The notes beneath the pieces are model-generated. The model saw only the letters and a program-made list of their open reading frames with translations. It had not been told where the DNA came from and made no database searches. A stretch of 64,000 nt of DNA from Pristiophorus japonicus (taxonomy: Eukaryota). Numbering within the stretch: position 1 is the first letter of the stretch; each line of letters starts with the position of its first letter. Position numbers and translations under genes: made by a program. This document shows, one piece after another, positions 62,571 through 64,000 of this stretch. The stretch lies in contig NC_091991.1 in assembly GCF_044704955.1 (NCBI RefSeq), forward strand, positions 147,622,001-147,686,000, read 5' to 3'.

Positions 62571-63524
62571 TAGTGTTACCCATCACTCATCAAGCCAAGC
62601 CTTCAAAAATAATCAAGTCATTACAAAAATGAATAGTTTTGAAAATTGCACAGCTTTAGATAGACTCTGTTGCATGTTTATTTATATTTTATTTAAAATA
62701 AAATTAGAATATGTTATTCAGAAAAAAAGATGGCACAAAACATTACAGGCCAACATAACTCCAAGTACTTTTTCTCTGAACCTAATTACAAGTGTAATTC
62801 CAGGTATAAGCTTGTAGAAAGGTTACACGTTACATGGGATTTAGATGCTAACCAACCAAACTGACCCCACGACACTTGAATGGGCATTTTTCTCAGTTAA
62901 ATGGCTTTCTATTGTATTAAATGGAAAATAAGCATAGTACATTATGTAATATGATTTTTTCTCCCTACTTCTAGTTAATCCAACAGTAACCCTCAGTTTA
63001 GAAAGCATCCTGCTGCAAGGTGCCTGCAATACCAGATACTAACACAGTGCAGAGAGTGATTTATGTCTCAATTTCTCTCGTGTGGGAAATAATCTAATGT
63101 CTTTTTAGTAGCTCCTCCTCTACTTCCAGTAGAATTGTGAACTTGCCATAGGAGGAGACCGGCTGTGCATGATGTAAGCGAATGTGTATGATCGTGCTGC
63201 CAACAAACCCCCATTCAAATCATAGGGGGGGAAAAAACAGTAACTCGCCAAGACAGCCCTGCAACCATGAAGTTCTGAAACGGAGTCACACAGCCCACTT
63301 ATATGGACACTGGACTGCTCAGAGATGGGGGTTAAAACAGCACAAGCATTATTCAGAGCCAACAATGTAACATCTACTAATTCTTCTCTGACTTTGTAAT
63401 CTTCAACGGCATTCACTGAAAGCCTACCTGATCTTTTTCTTGAAATTTCTCAGTTGGACCAAACTGCAACAATCCCATGTAACACAGACGTTGCAAACTC
63501 TCAAAGAAAGAAAATATATATCTC
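21551..63524 (-). CDS. GTF3C1: General transcription factor IIIC subunit 1, 3' 20 coding exons (gene continues beyond window end)
   Basis: Exon peptides match recalled vertebrate GTF3C1 ([76 protein letters not shown]). All introns are GT-AG and exon phases join into one frame. Confidence 0.97.
22597..22905 (+). mobile_element. SacSINE1/DeuSINE-type SINE (core plus tail)
   Basis: CCCATGGCACTATTTCGAAGAAGAGCAGGGGAGTTATCCCCGGTGTCCTGGCC core shared with 24048, 29900 and 40370. Confidence 0.8.
23437..23629 (-). CDS. GTF3C1: GTF3C1 exon ([26 protein letters not shown]...VLELLQ)
   Basis: ttag acceptor, CAG|gtgac donor. Confidence 0.95.
24048..24195 (+). mobile_element. SINE core fragment
   Basis: Same Deu-like core. 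Confidence 0.7.
24391..24451 (-). CDS. GTF3C1: GTF3C1 small exon ([19 protein letters not shown])
   Basis: Pyrimidine tract plus gtag acceptor, AG|gtagg donor; supplies the needed phase 1 to 2; weak sequence similarity. Confidence 0.7.
25710..26544 (-). CDS. GTF3C1: GTF3C1 large exon ([20 protein letters not shown]...PWLLH plus low-complexity acidic/Ser-rich region)
   Basis: ggcag acceptor; G|gtaatc donor chosen because it gives the phase required downstream. Confidence 0.85.
26735..26955 (+). mobile_element. L2 3' tail fragment
   Basis: Similar to other L2 tails in the window. Confidence 0.65.
27656..28092. mobile_element. Tigger/pogo-type MITE
   Basis: TIRs CAGGTGGAGCGTCC / GGACGCTGAACCTG; TA target duplication. 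Confidence 0.85.
29040..30207. mobile_element. Harbinger-type MITE with inserted SINE
   Basis: Imperfect termini GGGGTAGAAATTGC / GCAATTTCAGAGCC. Confidence 0.5.
29703..30144 (-). mobile_element. Near full-length tRNA-headed SINE (SacSINE1/DeuSINE-type)
   Basis: A box TGGCTCAATGG (30124-30134), B box GGTTCAAGTCC (30079-30089), Deu core, L2-like tail. Confidence 0.88.
30363..30649 (-). CDS. GTF3C1: GTF3C1 exon (LPQSFTKV...[10 protein letters not shown]...[10 protein letters not shown])
   Basis: acag acceptor, CAG|gtttg donor, phase 1 to 0. Confidence 0.93.
31144..31175 (-). promoter_or_regulatory. Candidate CTCF site with upstream motif
   Basis: Minus strand TGCAG-TACTAAAGTGCAG-CCACTAGATGTCAC. 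Confidence 0.5.
31233..31792. mobile_element. Tigger/pogo-type MITE, second copy
   Basis: TIRs CAGGTGGAGCATCC / GGACGCTCAACCTG; TA TSD. Confidence 0.85.
32708..32955 (-). CDS. GTF3C1: GTF3C1 exon (LGKEGLDDD...[27 protein letters not shown])
   Basis: ttag acceptor, G|gtgag donor. Confidence 0.95.
33746..34030 (-). CDS. GTF3C1: GTF3C1 exon ([14 protein letters not shown]...[19 protein letters not shown])
   Basis: ctag acceptor, AG|gtaag donor. Confidence 0.95.
34704..34876 (-). CDS. GTF3C1: GTF3C1 exon ([15 protein letters not shown]...[11 protein letters not shown])
   Basis: ctag acceptor, AG|gtatg donor. Confidence 0.95.
34929..35305 (-). mobile_element. CR1 3' fragment, same subfamily as 3414-4906
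   Basis: RT C-terminal peptide nearly identical; (CATAGAAA)n tail. Confidence 0.9.
35345..35438 (-). CDS. GTF3C1: GTF3C1 exon ([31 protein letters not shown])
   Basis: gtag acceptor, CAG|gtat donor. Confidence 0.95.
36235..36297 (-). CDS. GTF3C1: GTF3C1 exon ([20 protein letters not shown])
   Basis: Similar to human [20 protein letters not shown]; phase 2 to 2. Confidence 0.88.
37014..37126 (-). CDS. GTF3C1: GTF3C1 exon ([19 protein letters not shown]...[12 protein letters not shown])
   Basis: Manual translation; acag acceptor, AG|gtaag donor. Confidence 0.95.
37549..40106 (+). mobile_element. Non-autonomous gag-protease-only Gypsy LTR element C
   Basis: LTRs 37549-37753 and 39871-40106; 5-bp TSD ACTCA; PBS TGGCGACTAGG; PPT 39851-39870; gag and PR (VDTG) only. 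Confidence 0.92.
40170..40460 (-). mobile_element. SINE (SacSINE1-type), headless
   Basis: Matches 29703-29985. Confidence 0.8.
40509..40748 (+). pseudogene. Harbinger Myb/SANT-like DNA-binding protein, exon 1
   Basis: FSD...[11 protein letters not shown]...[13 protein letters not shown] tri-helix motif; gtaag donor at 40749; probable later exon from about 41154. Confidence 0.85.
42340..43460 (-). pseudogene. Harbinger (HARBI1-like) DDE transposase, frameshifted
   Basis: [51 protein letters not shown] motifs. Confidence 0.9.
44322..44403 (-). CDS. GTF3C1: GTF3C1 exon ([27 protein letters not shown])
   Basis: Manual translation; gcag acceptor, AAG|gtaac donor. Confidence 0.93.
44529..44911 (+). 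mobile_element. RTE (BovB-like) LINE 3' end
   Basis: [21 protein letters not shown] and [14 protein letters not shown] remnants; (TGA)n tail. Confidence 0.8.
46514..46656 (-). CDS. GTF3C1: GTF3C1 exon ([13 protein letters not shown]...[10 protein letters not shown])
   Basis: Manual translation; ttag acceptor, AG|gtgag donor. Confidence 0.95.
47393..48561. mobile_element. Harbinger-type non-autonomous element
   Basis: TIRs GGGCTCAAAATTG / CAAATTTGAGCTC; TAT TSD. Confidence 0.8.
49196..49356 (-). CDS. GTF3C1: GTF3C1 exon ([33 protein letters not shown])
   Basis: gcag acceptor, AAA|gtaag donor. Confidence 0.95.
49824..50012 (-). CDS. GTF3C1: GTF3C1 exon with basic NLS-like stretch ([15 protein letters not shown]...KKKRK)
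   Basis: ccag acceptor, G|gtgag donor, phase 1 to 1. Confidence 0.92.
50697..51744. mobile_element. Harbinger-type non-autonomous element, same family as 47393
   Basis: TIRs GGCCCCAAGTTTCCCC / GGGGAAACTTGGGCCC; subterminal regions similar to 47393-48561. Confidence 0.8.
52464..52542 (-). CDS. GTF3C1: GTF3C1 exon ([27 protein letters not shown])
   Basis: Similar to human VRLQTFLSKRPMPL; atag acceptor, G|gtg donor, phase 0 to 1. Confidence 0.88.
52640..52810 (-). mobile_element. L2 3' tail
   Basis: Similar to 11560-11740. Confidence 0.65.
52830..53570 (-). mobile_element. Old CR1 fragment
   Basis: [18 protein letters not shown]...[16 protein letters not shown]. Confidence 0.7.
54540..54675 (-). 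CDS. GTF3C1: GTF3C1 exon ([45 protein letters not shown])
   Basis: Manual translation; tccag acceptor, AAG|gtaag donor. Confidence 0.95.
55044..56824. repeat. GA-rich micro/minisatellite with about 20-22 bp units (GCGAGGGA(GA)nGC) and assembly gaps
   Basis: Direct inspection; N runs at 54864-55043 and 55589-55728. Confidence 0.97.
56999..57146 (-). CDS. GTF3C1: GTF3C1 exon (VIRFPRLH...KCALLEYTT)
   Basis: ccag acceptor, AC|gtgcg donor, phase 1 to 2. Confidence 0.92.
59082..59195 (-). mobile_element. RTE-tailed fragment
   Basis: Reverse complement of the 44865-44911 tail. Confidence 0.6.
59295..61655 (-). mobile_element. L2 LINE fragment split by nested insertions
   Basis: Aligns with 90-1030; RT peptides at 59894-60088 and 61240-61655. 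Confidence 0.8.
60196..61242. mobile_element. Harbinger-type MITE inserted in L2, itself carrying a CR1-tailed insert (about 60592-60975, minus)
   Basis: AAT duplicated at both junctions of the L2 sequence; G/C-rich imperfect TIRs; internal ATAGAAACATAGAAA tail. Confidence 0.7.
62180..62357 (-). CDS. GTF3C1: GTF3C1 exon ([15 protein letters not shown]...CLNTPLG)
   Basis: tag acceptor, G|gtaag donor, phase 0 to 1. Confidence 0.95.
63428..63524 (-). CDS. GTF3C1: GTF3C1 exon ([33 protein letters not shown])
   Basis: ttgcag acceptor, CAG|gtagg donor, peptide match. Confidence 0.93.
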
Positions 63525-63774
63525 CTGCAAACATCAAAAAAAAGTCGAAGATGAGATTCTGTTGTTGTTTTGCGTTTCAAAGGAGCAAAGTGTTCAATTC
63601 TCAGGAAGCTCACAGCATTTCCACACATAAATATGATATTATTGCTGTTTATTGGGATGCCTCACTTCTGTGCTTGGCAAATGATCCAGGTTCTTCTCAC
63701 TGTTACGTAAAAGTCTTTAACAAAAGTGCTTTGTGTAACAGAAAGTGGTATTTTGATAGATCCAATAGATAATC

Positions 63775-64000
63775 GGCTGGAAATTCATCAAAAACCACCA
63801 CCACCGGTTTACCACCAAAATAAACCGCTATGACTCCGCTATGAATTCTCCGTGGAAAATTCACGGGAAAAAAAATCCGTCCGGCGGGAAAAAAATCAAC
63901 ATTGCACGAGAATTCGCGGTGGAAACCGCAGATCCTTGTCAACTTTAGTCAGAGGCCGATTACCGCTGCGAGTTGGAGCTGGGGGGGGAACAACATTTTT
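63775..64000. mobile_element. Start of another Harbinger-type element
   Basis: GGCTGGAAATTC terminus similar to 37395; GC-rich; runs off the window. Confidence 0.45.

Noticed and set aside
1-64000. CRISPR array or prokaryotic defence system
   Set aside because: The DNA is eukaryotic and intron-rich; no repeat-spacer arrays or operons seen.

Overview
Vertebrate genomic DNA, almost certainly a cartilaginous fish (shark): it carries SacSINE1/DeuSINE-type SINEs, HER1-like CR1 LINEs, L2 and Mag-like Gypsy elements. Positions 21551-63524 hold the last 20 coding exons of GTF3C1 (TFIIIC subunit 1) on the minus strand. All junctions are GT-AG and phase-consistent (about 1257 aa, ending [11 protein letters not shown]); the 5' part of the gene lies beyond the window. 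The introns and the downstream 21 kb are filled with nested TEs. These include an apparently chimeric, integrase-deleted Gypsy element abutting a second Gypsy, each carrying a CR1 insertion; a decayed two-gene Harbinger transposon containing a gag-protease-only LTR element; Harbinger- and Tigger-type MITEs; RTE, L2 and Penelope-like remnants; and a gapped GA-rich satellite. The least expected signal is a badly decayed, partly tandem-duplicated set of exon-like segments at about 11.1-20.4 kb (minus strand) resembling a multi-FN3 class I cytokine receptor (CSF2RB/IL2RB/IL21R family). It lies on the 3' side of GTF3C1, where IL21R/IL4R sit in mammals. All homologies were recognised by eye; no database search was run.
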